Below are positions 19,911-28,759 of a stretch of DNA of 64,000 nucleotides, one piece after another; positions within the stretch are counted from its first letter, which is position 1; each line of letters begins with the position of its first letter. Source of the stretch: Alphaproteobacteria bacterium GWC2_42_16 (GTDB taxonomy: Bacteria; Pseudomonadota; Alphaproteobacteria; UBA9655); contig MEMA01000052.1 in NCBI GenBank assembly GCA_001767835.1, positions 5,753 to 69,752 of the forward strand, given 5' to 3'. The notes beneath the pieces are model-generated. The model was not told where the DNA came from, made no database searches, and saw only the letters and a program-made list of their open reading frames with translations. Both the position numbers and the translations under genes were made by a program.

Positions 19911-20372
19911 ATGAACCTTTTACAAAGTTTTGAGAAACAGCAACTCAATAAGTTAACAGAAAAGAAAAAAAACCCTACCTTTCGTGCCGGAGACACGTTG
20001 AAGGTCATGGTGAAAGTCGTGGAAGGCTCTCGTGAGCGTGTTCAGGCCTTTGAGGGCGTTTGCATCGCTCGCAAGAATGCAGGAATTAATTCCTCCTTTA
20101 CAGTGCGTAAAATTTCCTATGGAGAGGGCGTAGAACGAATCTTCCCCCTTTATTCTCCCAATATTGAAATCAAGGTGATTCGCAAAGGTATTGTACGCCG
20201 TGCCAAACTTTACTATCTCCGTGGCTTAACAGGTAAAAAGGCTCGTATCTCTGAAAAAATCAGTCGTAAAACCGGCTTGGATCTTATCCTTTCCCCAAAA
20301 CAAGAGGATATTATTCCTGCAGAACCCCTTGCTGAGGAGCCCCCTGCTCAAGAGATAAAGTCAGAGGAATAA
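19911..20372 (+). CDS. rplS: 50S ribosomal protein L19
   Basis: [33 protein letters not shown]...[13 protein letters not shown] 19911 follows a ggagaagagag RBS. Confidence 0.93.
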   Translation: MNLLQSFEKQQLNKLTEKKKNPTFRAGDTLKVMVKVVEGSRERVQAFEGVCIARKNAGINSSFTVRKISYGEGVERIFPLYSPNIEIKVIRKGIVRRAKLYYLRGLTGKKARISEKISRKTGLDLILSPKQEDIIPAEPLAEEPPAQEIKSEE

Positions 20373-20467
20373 ATTTCAAATTCCTTAGCCTTTTTTCTCT
20401 GAATAGGCATACTTATATAAATGAGTAGAGGGCCCTCAATCGGCCCTCCCCAGAGAAAAGGATAACG

Positions 20468-23035
20468 ATGAATTTAAATCAATATACGGAACGCTCTCAA
20501 GGTTTTATCCAATCAGCCCAAACCCTTGCTCAACGTGAGGGTCACCAGCGTATTCTTCCCCTTCATTTATTAAAGGTGTTGCTCGATGACGAGGAAGGGC
20601 TCTGCGCGAGCTTAATTCGATCTGCTGGGGGAGATGCAAAAAATGCCCTTGAACGTACCAACGACGAGATGGGTCGTCTTCCCAAAGTTGGTGGCAGTGG
20701 CGCGGGCCAAGTCTTTCTTTCCCCTGAATTAACCAAAGTTTTTGAGCTCGCGGAAAAGGAAGCAAAAAAAGCTGGTGATACTTTTGTTACAGTAGAATAC
20801 CTCTTACTTGCCTTAGCCCTTTCCAAAGAGACAGATGCGCATAAGATTTTAGACTCCTCTGGCTTGGCTCCTGAAAAACTTAAATTGGCTATTGAGACCA
20901 TGAGGAAGGGGCGGCGCGCCGACACTGCCACGGCTGAATCCCAATATGATGCCCTCAAGAAATATGCAACCGACATGACCGCACTAGCCCGCCAAGGTAA
21001 GCTCGATCCTGTAATCGGCCGAGATGAAGAAATACGCCGCACCATTCAAGTTCTCTCTCGCCGCACCAAGAATAATCCCGTACTGATAGGGGAACCGGGG
21101 GTGGGGAAAACTGCCATTATTGAAGGCCTTGCCCATCGTATTGTCAAGGGGGACGTCCCCGAGACCCTTAAGGATACGCAATTGATGGCCCTTGATATGG
21201 GCGCCTTAATTGCTGGCGCTAAATACAGAGGTGAGTTTGAAGAGCGACTTAAGGCCGTGCTCTCGGAAATTATGCATGCAGAAGGTGATATTATCCTCTT
21301 CATTGATGAGCTTCACACCCTTGTGGGCGCGGGAAAGGCGGAAGGGTCTATGGATGCCTCCAACATGCTTAAACCTGCTCTTGCCCGCGGCGAACTCCAT
21401 TGCGTAGGCGCTACCACCCTTGATGAATATCGCAAACATATTGAAAAAGATGCGGCCCTTGCGCGCCGCTTCCAGCCCGTTTTTATAAGTGAACCCACCG
21501 TAGAAGATACGATTTCAATTTTACGCGGACTTAAAGAAAAGTATGAGGTCCACCATGGGATCCGTATCACAGATGGGGCCATTGTGGCAGCGGCCACCCT
21601 TTCCAACCGATATATCACCGATCGGTTTCTCCCCGATAAAGCAATTGACCTCATGGATGAAGCAGCAAGCCGCCTCCGCATGGAGGTGGATTCAAAACCG
21701 GAAGATATTGATGAGTTGGATCGCCGGATTATCCAGCTTAAAATTGAGCGAGAAGCGCTGAAGAAAGAAAAGGATCAGCCTTCAAAGGATCGCCTTGAGA
21801 AACTTGAGAAAGAGTTGGCTGACCTTGAATCCCAATCAAGCGTTCGCACGGCTGCTTGGCAAGCTGAAAAAGACAAATTGACCAGCTCCCAAAAGTTGAA
21901 GGAAAGCCTTGATAAGGCCCGCAATGAGCTTGAAATTGCTCAACGGAAAGGCGACCTCTCAAAAGCTGGAGAGTTGATGTATGGCGTAATTCCTGATTTA
22001 GAGAAAAAGTTGAAAGACGCTGAAGGGCAATCCCAAGACCGAATCATACGTGAAGAAGTCACTGCCGATGACATTGCAGGCATTGTCTCCCGCTGGACAG
22101 GAATTCCTGTTGATAAAATGCTGGAAGGAGAACGAGAAAAGCTCCTTCACATGGAAGAGAATCTGCGTAAACGCGTTGTAGGGCAAGATGAAGCTATTAC
22201 TGCCATCAGCCAAGCAGTCAGACGCGCTCGTGCGGGCCTTCAAGATGTGAACCGGCCGATCGGCTCTTTCCTCTTTCTTGGACCAACCGGCGTTGGGAAA
22301 ACCGAGCTGAGTAAAGCCCTTGCGGAATTCCTTTTTGATGATGACACGGCCATGATCCGCATTGATATGTCCGAGTTTATGGAAAAGCATTCCGTTGCGC
22401 GTCTTATTGGGGCCCCGCCTGGTTATGTAGGCTATGAGGAAGGTGGTACCTTAACCGAGTCAGTACGTCGCCGCCCCTATCAAGTTGTCCTCTTTGATGA
22501 AATTGAAAAGGCTCATCCGGATGTCTTCAATGTTCTCCTTCAAGTTTTGGATGATGGGCGCCTTACCGATGGGCAAGGACGCACCGTGGATTTTCGAAAT
22601 ACCCTCATCATTCTCACTTCAAATCTTGGTAGCTCCGTTTTAGCGGAGCACCCGGGTGAGCCTTCTGAAAAAGTCCGCGAACAAGTAATGGAAATGGTAC
22701 GGGCAGCCTTCCGTCCTGAATTTTTAAATCGTATTGATGAGATCTTGCTCTTCCGTCGTCTCTCGCGCGAGGACATGAATGGCATTGTGAAGATCCAGCT
22801 CCAGCGCCTTTCAAACCTTCTTAAGGATCGAAAGATTACTCTTAACCTCGATGATTTAGCACTCACCTGGCTTGGAGATCAAGGATACGATCCTACCTAT
22901 GGCGCGCGTCCCTTGAAACGAGTCATCCAAAAGGAACTGCAAAATACCCTTGCTGTCATGGTTTTGGAAGGCAAAATTAAAGACGGCCAAAAGGTGAAAG
23001 TCACCACCGATAAAAAAGGGCTTGTGATCGGGTAG
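20468..23035 (+). CDS. clpB: Chaperone ClpB
   Basis: Two AAA modules (GEPGVGKT and GPTGVGKT) with a coiled-coil middle domain; 855 aa. Confidence 0.95.
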   Translation: MNLNQYTERSQGFIQSAQTLAQREGHQRILPLHLLKVLLDDEEGLCASLIRSAGGDAKNALERTNDEMGRLPKVGGSGAGQVFLSPELTKVFELAEKEAKKAGDTFVTVEYLLLALALSKETDAHKILDSSGLAPEKLKLAIETMRKGRRADTATAESQYDALKKYATDMTALARQGKLDPVIGRDEEIRRTIQVLSRRTKNNPVLIGEPGVGKTAIIEGLAHRIVKGDVPETLKDTQLMALDMGALIAGAKYRGEFEERLKAVLSEIMHAEGDIILFIDELHTLVGAGKAEGSMDASNMLKPALARGELHCVGATTLDEYRKHIEKDAALARRFQPVFISEPTVEDTISILRGLKEKYEVHHGIRITDGAIVAAATLSNRYITDRFLPDKAIDLMDEAASRLRMEVDSKPEDIDELDRRIIQLKIEREALKKEKDQPSKDRLEKLEKELADLESQSSVRTAAWQAEKDKLTSSQKLKESLDKARNELEIAQRKGDLSKAGELMYGVIPDLEKKLKDAEGQSQDRIIREEVTADDIAGIVSRWTGIPVDKMLEGEREKLLHMEENLRKRVVGQDEAITAISQAVRRARAGLQDVNRPIGSFLFLGPTGVGKTELSKALAEFLFDDDTAMIRIDMSEFMEKHSVARLIGAPPGYVGYEEGGTLTESVRRRPYQVVLFDEIEKAHPDVFNVLLQVLDDGRLTDGQGRTVDFRNTLIILTSNLGSSVLAEHPGEPSEKVREQVMEMVRAAFRPEFLNRIDEILLFRRLSREDMNGIVKIQLQRLSNLLKDRKITLNLDDLALTWLGDQGYDPTYGARPLKRVIQKELQNTLAVMVLEGKIKDGQKVKVTTDKKGLVIG

Positions 23036-23171
23036 ATCATCGTGAAAAATTTTAGATAAAATTGCAAAAATAGAATATATTTTTGGCACAATTTTATCTT
23101 GACTCGCACTTCAAGTATATACATTGTTTTGTGTAATAACTTTTTAAAAACCTAAAAGATAAAGGTATCTT

Positions 23172-24086
23172 ATGCGTGAGCGGTTGAGTTTAAATATTAG
23201 TGTCGCTCGATCTTGTTTTGTTAAATGTTTGGGCTGTTACAATCATTTTGGAAATAGCCCTAATTTAATAAGTACAGAGAATATCCTTTCTTTTTTAAGT
23301 GCTGCAAAAAAGAGAGGATTTACTAAAGTTACCCTTTGTGGCGGAGACCCCCTCTCTAGACCAAACATTACAGATCTATTAAAAAAAATAAACACACTAG
23401 GTTTTTTTATATCTCTCGACACTGTTGGGACTCCGATTCTGAGGGAAGCCAAAACTATATTTTATGGAAGTTCTTTAATAAGCAAGGTTGATGAAGCTGA
23501 TTTAGCAAAATATGTTGATTTAATTGGCATTCCATTAGATGGTCCTTCTAATGAGATCATTAGTCTTTTTAGGACAGAGCGCGTTAACCAGTTTGATGAA
23601 CAAATGCTTATTCTAGAAAAGCTCTCTGCAGCACAAGCCAAAATTTGCATTAATACTCTTGTTTACAAAGGAAACATTAATTATGTAGAAGAAATATTGC
23701 CAATTATAAAGAATTTCGACGGAATTAAGAAATGGCAAATATTTCAATTTATGCCAATTGGTCCCCTGGGATATAAAAATAGAAATATTTATGAAGTAAG
23801 CGATGAAGATTTTTTCTTGTTAAGAAATAGAATGAAAAAATATAAAGAGGAGCTATCCAAGCATATAAAATTAGAATTTAAAGCAAAGGCAGAGAGAAAA
23901 GGAAATTACATGTTTATTGATTCTGAAGGTTTGGCATGGGTACCTAACATTGCAATGAACGAAGAATGGAATGAACAAACAGATTCTACTCACAAGAGAC
24001 TTATTGTTGGTGATATAAATATTCCTGAAGATCACAAAAAAATTCTAGAGAGAGCTTTACACCCAAAGTCAATTAATATTGAATAA
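23172..24086 (+). CDS. Radical SAM enzyme, viperin (RSAD2)-like; candidate prokaryotic viperin
   Basis: A CX3CX2C cluster motif sits at aa 15-22 (RSCFVKCLGC) and a GGDP SAM-binding motif at KVTLCGGDPL. Segment-by-segment resemblance to viperin: DLIGIPLDGPSNEI, ICINTLVYKGN, KKWQIFQFMPI (compare RWKVFQCLLI), EVSDEDFFLL, and NYMFIDSEG. The gene is AT-rich. Confidence 0.6.
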   Translation: MRERLSLNISVARSCFVKCLGCYNHFGNSPNLISTENILSFLSAAKKRGFTKVTLCGGDPLSRPNITDLLKKINTLGFFISLDTVGTPILREAKTIFYGSSLISKVDEADLAKYVDLIGIPLDGPSNEIISLFRTERVNQFDEQMLILEKLSAAQAKICINTLVYKGNINYVEEILPIIKNFDGIKKWQIFQFMPIGPLGYKNRNIYEVSDEDFFLLRNRMKKYKEELSKHIKLEFKAKAERKGNYMFIDSEGLAWVPNIAMNEEWNEQTDSTHKRLIVGDINIPEDHKKILERALHPKSINIE

Positions 24087-24139
24087 GTTTCTGGCGATAT
24101 ACAAAATTATTCTGAAAATGTTATGTAAAACTTCTTTTA

Positions 24140-27100
24140 TTACAGAGTGAGCTTGTTAAGTTTAGCTTTAATCCTTATAAAATGAGGGGAGTCTTCTGGA
24201 AAATGAGCTTGAATAACTTCTAGCGCTTGCTTTAGATAATCAACGGATTGCTTTTTAAAGATTTCAGATTGTTGCATATCTTCCTTATTTATATGCTCAA
24301 AGGTTTCTTTTAGATACAGATCAGATAAGATTTCTAAGCATACGTAACTTTCCGCATATTTCTTAATTTGAAATATTCTTAAAGCCTTCTTAATGAGATT
24401 TTCAGCGGTTTTTATATCATTTTCTAACATATAGACTTGCCCAAGATTCATTATAACAGGAGCAACATCAATATGATCTTTGCCATAGGTCTTCTCATAA
24501 GTTTGAAAACTACGTTCAAGTAAATCTTTTGCTTTCTCATAGTTGCCTTGCTCTCTATAAACACTTCCTAGTCCTGCTAAAACCAGCGCAAACCAGGGAT
24601 GGTTTTCAAAATGGTTCCACCTATAAATCATAAGACTTTCTTCAAGGGATTGCTTTGCTTTCTCATAATTACCCATTTCTTTATAAATACTTCCTAAATG
24701 CTCCAAAGTCCGGGCAAACCATGGATGGTTTTCATACGAATTCTTCTTATAAACCATAAGGCTTTCTTCAAAGAGTTGTTTTGCCTTCTCATAATTACCT
24801 TGTTCTTTATATACACTTCCTAACCCTACTAGAGCCCGAGCAAACCACGGATGGTTTTCATAGGAATTTTTCTTATAAATCACGAGACTCTCTTCAAGGA
24901 GTTGTTTTGCTTTCTCATAGTTACCTTGCTCTCTATAAAGATTTCCCAACCATACCAAAGTCCAGGCAAACCAGGGCTGAGCTTCATGGGAGTTCTTTCT
25001 ATAAATCAAAAGACTTTCTTCAAGGAGTTGTTTTGCTTTCTCATAGTTACCCTGGTCTCTATAAACACTTCCTAGCCAAGCCAAAGCCCTAGCAAACCAA
25101 GGATTGTTTTCATAGGAATTTTTTCTATATATTACAAGACTTTCTTCAAGGAGTTGTCTTGCTTTCTCATAATTGCATTGCTCTCTATAAATGCTACCTA
25201 AACGTCCCAAAGCCTGAGCAAACCAAGGGTGGTTTTCATAGGAATTCTTTTTGTAAATCACAAGGCTTTCTTCAAAGAGTTGTTTGGCCTTCTCATAATT
25301 GCCTTGCTCTCTATAAACATTTCCGAGCCATCCCAAAGTCCGAGCAAACCAGGGGTGGTTTTCATAGGAACTCTTCCTATAAATTAAAATACATTGCTCT
25401 AGGAGTTGTTTTGCTTTCTCATAGTTGCCTTGGTCACTATAAACACACCCTAAACACCCCAAAGCTTTAGCAACCCAAAAATGGTTTTTATGAAAATTCT
25501 TTTTATAAATTGCAATACTTTGTTCAAAGAGTTGTTTTGCCTTCCCATAATTGCCGAGATCCCTATAAACATTTCCTAATTCACTACCTATAGAAGCTAT
25601 AACAAAATCTGTTAATAAATTAGGATGACTTAAAAACATTTCACAATGTCTTATGACAAAGCTCATTTTAGCAAAATCTTCCTTATCTATCACTTCACCA
25701 ACATAATTCTTAAACGCAGTTCCAATGGGTTCTATAAAACGTTTATTCTTTTCTGAGTTCTGTAATTTTGTAAGATAAGCTAGGGCTATAGCTTGGGTGC
25801 TCCGATGTATAGAAAAGGCTGGGATTGAACCAGAAGGAAGAACTACTTCATTTGTGACAAAAGAATGTTTTTTCAAGTTATAAATAAAATTATCAACCAC
25901 AGTACTTGTCTTGTACTTGTCTAATAAATCTCTTGGAATGTTCTGAGAATCGAGAAGACTGATAAACAATAAAAGATCCCAAAAATCCTTGTGGGAATTG
26001 ATAATATGTTGCAAAGATAAAGTGATGATCCCATAGCGAGTTTTAGTATAGTAACTTGCTTCCTCTAAAAGACTTTGTTGTACACTTTCAAAGTCTCTAT
26101 CATATTGGATGAGCTTCTCAAGATATGTCCCGTATGGTACATTTGTGGCCTTCAAGTAATAAGCAGCAATGGATACATCCAAAGGAAAAGGGGGAATATC
26201 ATTTAAAAACTTTTTTGCTTGCTCGGTTTGGGTAGCCGTGAATTTACTCGAATTTCCATTGGTCATAATCTTAACAAAGAGAGCTAGTTTGTCTTCAGGA
26301 GATAGCTCCCCTATTTGAATTGCTTCGTTAATATTGTTGTTATTTTTAATATTATTATCTCTTGTAATAAGGATTACTTTTCCTCTTCCCCAAACACTCG
26401 GATCATGGGGGAAAGACTTTTGGATATCCTTAAATTTTTCTACATTATCATAAATCAATATCCAATTTGGAATACGCTTTAATTTATCTCTCACAAAGAA
26501 AATAATCTTTTTTTCTCTTTCATCAGCGTTTTTAATATCCTTAATGCCCCTCACTTTTTCTTTCTCTGCTTCTGTTATGGCCAGAGCTTCAGCAAGATTT
26601 TCAAATGAATTAATCAGCTTGTCCTCTGACTCAGCATTAATTTCCCAAACTACCTTGGCATTTTGTTGACGCGTGTAATGTCGAGCGAGGGTTGTTTTAC
26701 CAGCACCTCCCATTCCTGTAAGAGCTATGGCTTGGATTTCATGATGTCCTTTTAAGCTTTTATCAATTCTTTCCATTAAATAAGGCCGATCTAAGAATAC
26801 GGATTGAGTAGGAATACTCAGATCATCTCTAACAGCTATACCATAATCCAAGGCTTTGTTTTGCGCGGACCCGCCTTCTTTTTTTTCAACAAAGGTTAAA
26901 AACCAAACGCAAAGAACCGCTATGCTTAATACGCTTCCTATAAAAAAGGATTTCTTTCTCAAATTCTTAGTATTGAAAAAATTGCTGATATACACCCTCA
27001 ATTGAGACACTAGGCCTATGCCTGACAAAGTTTTATCTTCTTGATGCAATTGCTTGTGCACTATATCTGAAGCACCACAAATTGATTCATAATGACTTTT

Positions 27101-27895
27101 AAAGTCTAAGATAATTTGGTCTAAAGCTATGTTTGGCAATAGTCTTTTTAAGACTGCGAAAGTAAAGTCATAATAATTTTCTCGCCGTAAATTATGTACA
27201 CATGCCATATTACCACGGTCTTGAAAAATATCATTTTTGATATTTTTGCTTGGGAATAGCGCAATAATACTATTTTGTGTTTTCCTGATTTTCTGTATGA
27301 AGGAAGTGACGTCTCGCTTATTTTTATTATCTACTCCTTCAACCTGCTCAATCATTGCTTCTGGAATAGCATAAATAATCAATTCGGATTTCAGCGTTTC
27401 GGTATTATTAACAGGATCTTTAATAAATATTTTACCTTCTCTGGCTTCAATGAATATCGTAACACCAGCTAGGTTTAGATGACTTTCTAGATAACGAATG
27501 AAAGAGGAGTGATATTCTTGATCCCGCCAATATACAATCACACAGGTAGGTTGCTCAGGATCAAGTTGGTCAGCAATTTTTAATAACTGTTCTTCAAAAG
27601 ATGCCCGAATTAATAAACTCAGGTAATGTTCTTTTAGCAGGGAAAGTTTCTTAGACTTTTCGATAAAATATATGATTCCATCCCGAGAATTACACTCCAG
27701 CTTCATCATGATGTTACGCATGTGAGCTTCGATTGTTTTCGGAGAAATAAATAGGCATGCGGCTATGGTTTTTGCCGATTTTCCGCTGAGAAGATAAGCC
27801 ATGATATCTATTTCTCTACATGTGAATTTAATTTCATTCACAATTTGCAAGTGTGATTCATAAATATCTTGAGGTAAGATAATATTGGCTTTCAT
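24140..27895 (-). CDS. STAND NTPase: N-terminal LuxR/GerE HTH, alpha/beta domain of unknown type, predicted TM helix, NB-ARC ATPase, and about 10 TPR units
   Basis: HTH: REIDIMAYLLSGKSAKTIAACLFISPKTIEAHMRNIMMKL (aa about 26-66). Hydrophobic helix: FFIGSVLSIAVLCVWFLTFV (aa about 316-336). NB-ARC: P-loop GMGGAGKTT (aa 394-402), Walker B WILIYDNV, and ILITRD. TPR: 42-aa units NHPWFARxLxxLGxVYREQGNYEKAKQLLEESLVIYKKNSYE. Confidence 0.8.
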   Translation of the reverse strand: MKANIILPQDIYESHLQIVNEIKFTCREIDIMAYLLSGKSAKTIAACLFISPKTIEAHMRNIMMKLECNSRDGIIYFIEKSKKLSLLKEHYLSLLIRASFEEQLLKIADQLDPEQPTCVIVYWRDQEYHSSFIRYLESHLNLAGVTIFIEAREGKIFIKDPVNNTETLKSELIIYAIPEAMIEQVEGVDNKNKRDVTSFIQKIRKTQNSIIALFPSKNIKNDIFQDRGNMACVHNLRRENYYDFTFAVLKRLLPNIALDQIILDFKSHYESICGASDIVHKQLHQEDKTLSGIGLVSQLRVYISNFFNTKNLRKKSFFIGSVLSIAVLCVWFLTFVEKKEGGSAQNKALDYGIAVRDDLSIPTQSVFLDRPYLMERIDKSLKGHHEIQAIALTGMGGAGKTTLARHYTRQQNAKVVWEINAESEDKLINSFENLAEALAITEAEKEKVRGIKDIKNADEREKKIIFFVRDKLKRIPNWILIYDNVEKFKDIQKSFPHDPSVWGRGKVILITRDNNIKNNNNINEAIQIGELSPEDKLALFVKIMTNGNSSKFTATQTEQAKKFLNDIPPFPLDVSIAAYYLKATNVPYGTYLEKLIQYDRDFESVQQSLLEEASYYTKTRYGIITLSLQHIINSHKDFWDLLLFISLLDSQNIPRDLLDKYKTSTVVDNFIYNLKKHSFVTNEVVLPSGSIPAFSIHRSTQAIALAYLTKLQNSEKNKRFIEPIGTAFKNYVGEVIDKEDFAKMSFVIRHCEMFLSHPNLLTDFVIASIGSELGNVYRDLGNYGKAKQLFEQSIAIYKKNFHKNHFWVAKALGCLGCVYSDQGNYEKAKQLLEQCILIYRKSSYENHPWFARTLGWLGNVYREQGNYEKAKQLFEESLVIYKKNSYENHPWFAQALGRLGSIYREQCNYEKARQLLEESLVIYRKNSYENNPWFARALAWLGSVYRDQGNYEKAKQLLEESLLIYRKNSHEAQPWFAWTLVWLGNLYREQGNYEKAKQLLEESLVIYKKNSYENHPWFARALVGLGSVYKEQGNYEKAKQLFEESLMVYKKNSYENHPWFARTLEHLGSIYKEMGNYEKAKQSLEESLMIYRWNHFENHPWFALVLAGLGSVYREQGNYEKAKDLLERSFQTYEKTYGKDHIDVAPVIMNLGQVYMLENDIKTAENLIKKALRIFQIKKYAESYVCLEILSDLYLKETFEHINKEDMQQSEIFKKQSVDYLKQALEVIQAHFPEDSPHFIRIKAKLNKLTL
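24400..25410. repeat. Tandem 126-bp (42-codon) near-identical repeats encoding the TPR array
   Basis: The motif ggttttcatagg recurs at exact multiples of 126 bp (positions about 24853, 25105, 25231, 25357). The translated units are nearly identical. Confidence 0.85.
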
Positions 27896-27985
27896 AAGAA
27901 TAAAATTTCTACATTTTTTCTCAGTATTATGCAGTTATACCTAAAAGGTTCAAGTTATTTTTACGTCAAGCTACTAAGTGATTTT

Positions 27986-28006
27986 CCCTTAGTCCTGTCC
28001 TAAGGG
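27986..28006. promoter_or_regulatory. Perfect 7-7 inverted repeat CCCTTAG-N7-CTAAGGG in a divergent promoter region (candidate HTH operator)
   Basis: cccttag at 27986-27992 and ctaaggg at 28000-28006. Extra CTAAG/CTTAG copies lie at 27974-27978 and 28051-28055, the latter within a second tttcccttag. The site sits between the divergent genes 24140-27895 (-) and 28083-28679 (+). Confidence 0.45.
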
Positions 28007-28082
28007 TATTCCCAGAATGACTAAACATACACTATTTTGCTAAAATTTCCCTTAGCATTTGAACGATTAAAGCTGAACTTTA

Positions 28083-28679
28083 ATGACAGGTAAATTATAT
28101 ATGTTTATCTCTATTGAACCAACAGAATATTATTATCACAAGGACATTTTGGAGCCATTTCTTGGCTATATCAAAGAAAATCCTAGCCTTAGATGGTCTT
28201 TTGAGAACCATAAAAATGCTATCTTTATTGTCTCTCTAGATGAGGCAAGAAGCATTTATGGAGGAGCTATGCTTCTTAAAGAAAAATTTAGTTCGTTACC
28301 TAGAGAAGTCCAAAAGAATATGAAAAATCTTGGGTTAATCAATAAAAATGTATGGACCTGCACCACCCTTCTTTATAAAAAGAATAATTATTCCGATCAG
28401 TGTGAATTCTTTTTCGAGACATTTTATCGAGATCTTTATAGGAAACTTGTTGAATTTGGAGTAAAAGAGAAAACGGGTTTTTTATACATGATGTTAGAAC
28501 CTGGCGAATATTTTTGTACTGAGGTCCTAGGCTGTTGGCCTTATATCAATAAAATTAAACTGCATGATTCTTTGAAAGACCTCTCTCATGGAGTTTTATC
28601 TCTAAGGGAAAATCAATCGCAATCCCATATAAAAACTGGGAGAAAGAAATTTCCTAAGGAGATAAAATTGGCGGCTTAG
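28083..28679 (+). CDS. Hypothetical protein (198 aa), no confident family assignment
   Basis: Clean AT-rich ORF followed by a strong terminator. Only a vague GNAT/LuxI-like secondary-structure pattern is visible (FFFETFYRDLYRKLVEFGVKEKTGFLYMML). Confidence 0.5.
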   Translation: MTGKLYMFISIEPTEYYYHKDILEPFLGYIKENPSLRWSFENHKNAIFIVSLDEARSIYGGAMLLKEKFSSLPREVQKNMKNLGLINKNVWTCTTLLYKKNNYSDQCEFFFETFYRDLYRKLVEFGVKEKTGFLYMMLEPGEYFCTEVLGCWPYINKIKLHDSLKDLSHGVLSLRENQSQSHIKTGRKKFPKEIKLAA

Positions 28680-28709
28680 CCTCCCTGTTCATAGCTGCCG
28701 TAAACTAAC

Positions 28710-28759
28710 GGAGAGATCTAAGAGTTTTATTGTGGTATAGATCTCTCCATATTTTTTTT
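28710..28759 (+). terminator. Rho-independent terminator
   Basis: An 11-bp stem (ggagagatcta ... tagatctctcc) with a 17-nt loop, followed by atatttttttt. Confidence 0.7.

Noticed and set aside
20428-20448. Hairpin gagggcc-N7-ggccctc after rplS as a terminator.
   Set aside because: No T-tract follows (ccccagag). It may still be a structural element, but the evidence is too weak to annotate.
28083-28679. Calling the orphan gene a LuxI-type acyl-homoserine-lactone synthase because it neighbours a LuxR-family HTH protein.
   Set aside because: The conserved LuxI N-terminal Arg/Phe/Trp/Asp residues are not recognisable. Only a generic GNAT-like pattern is present. It is kept as hypothetical.
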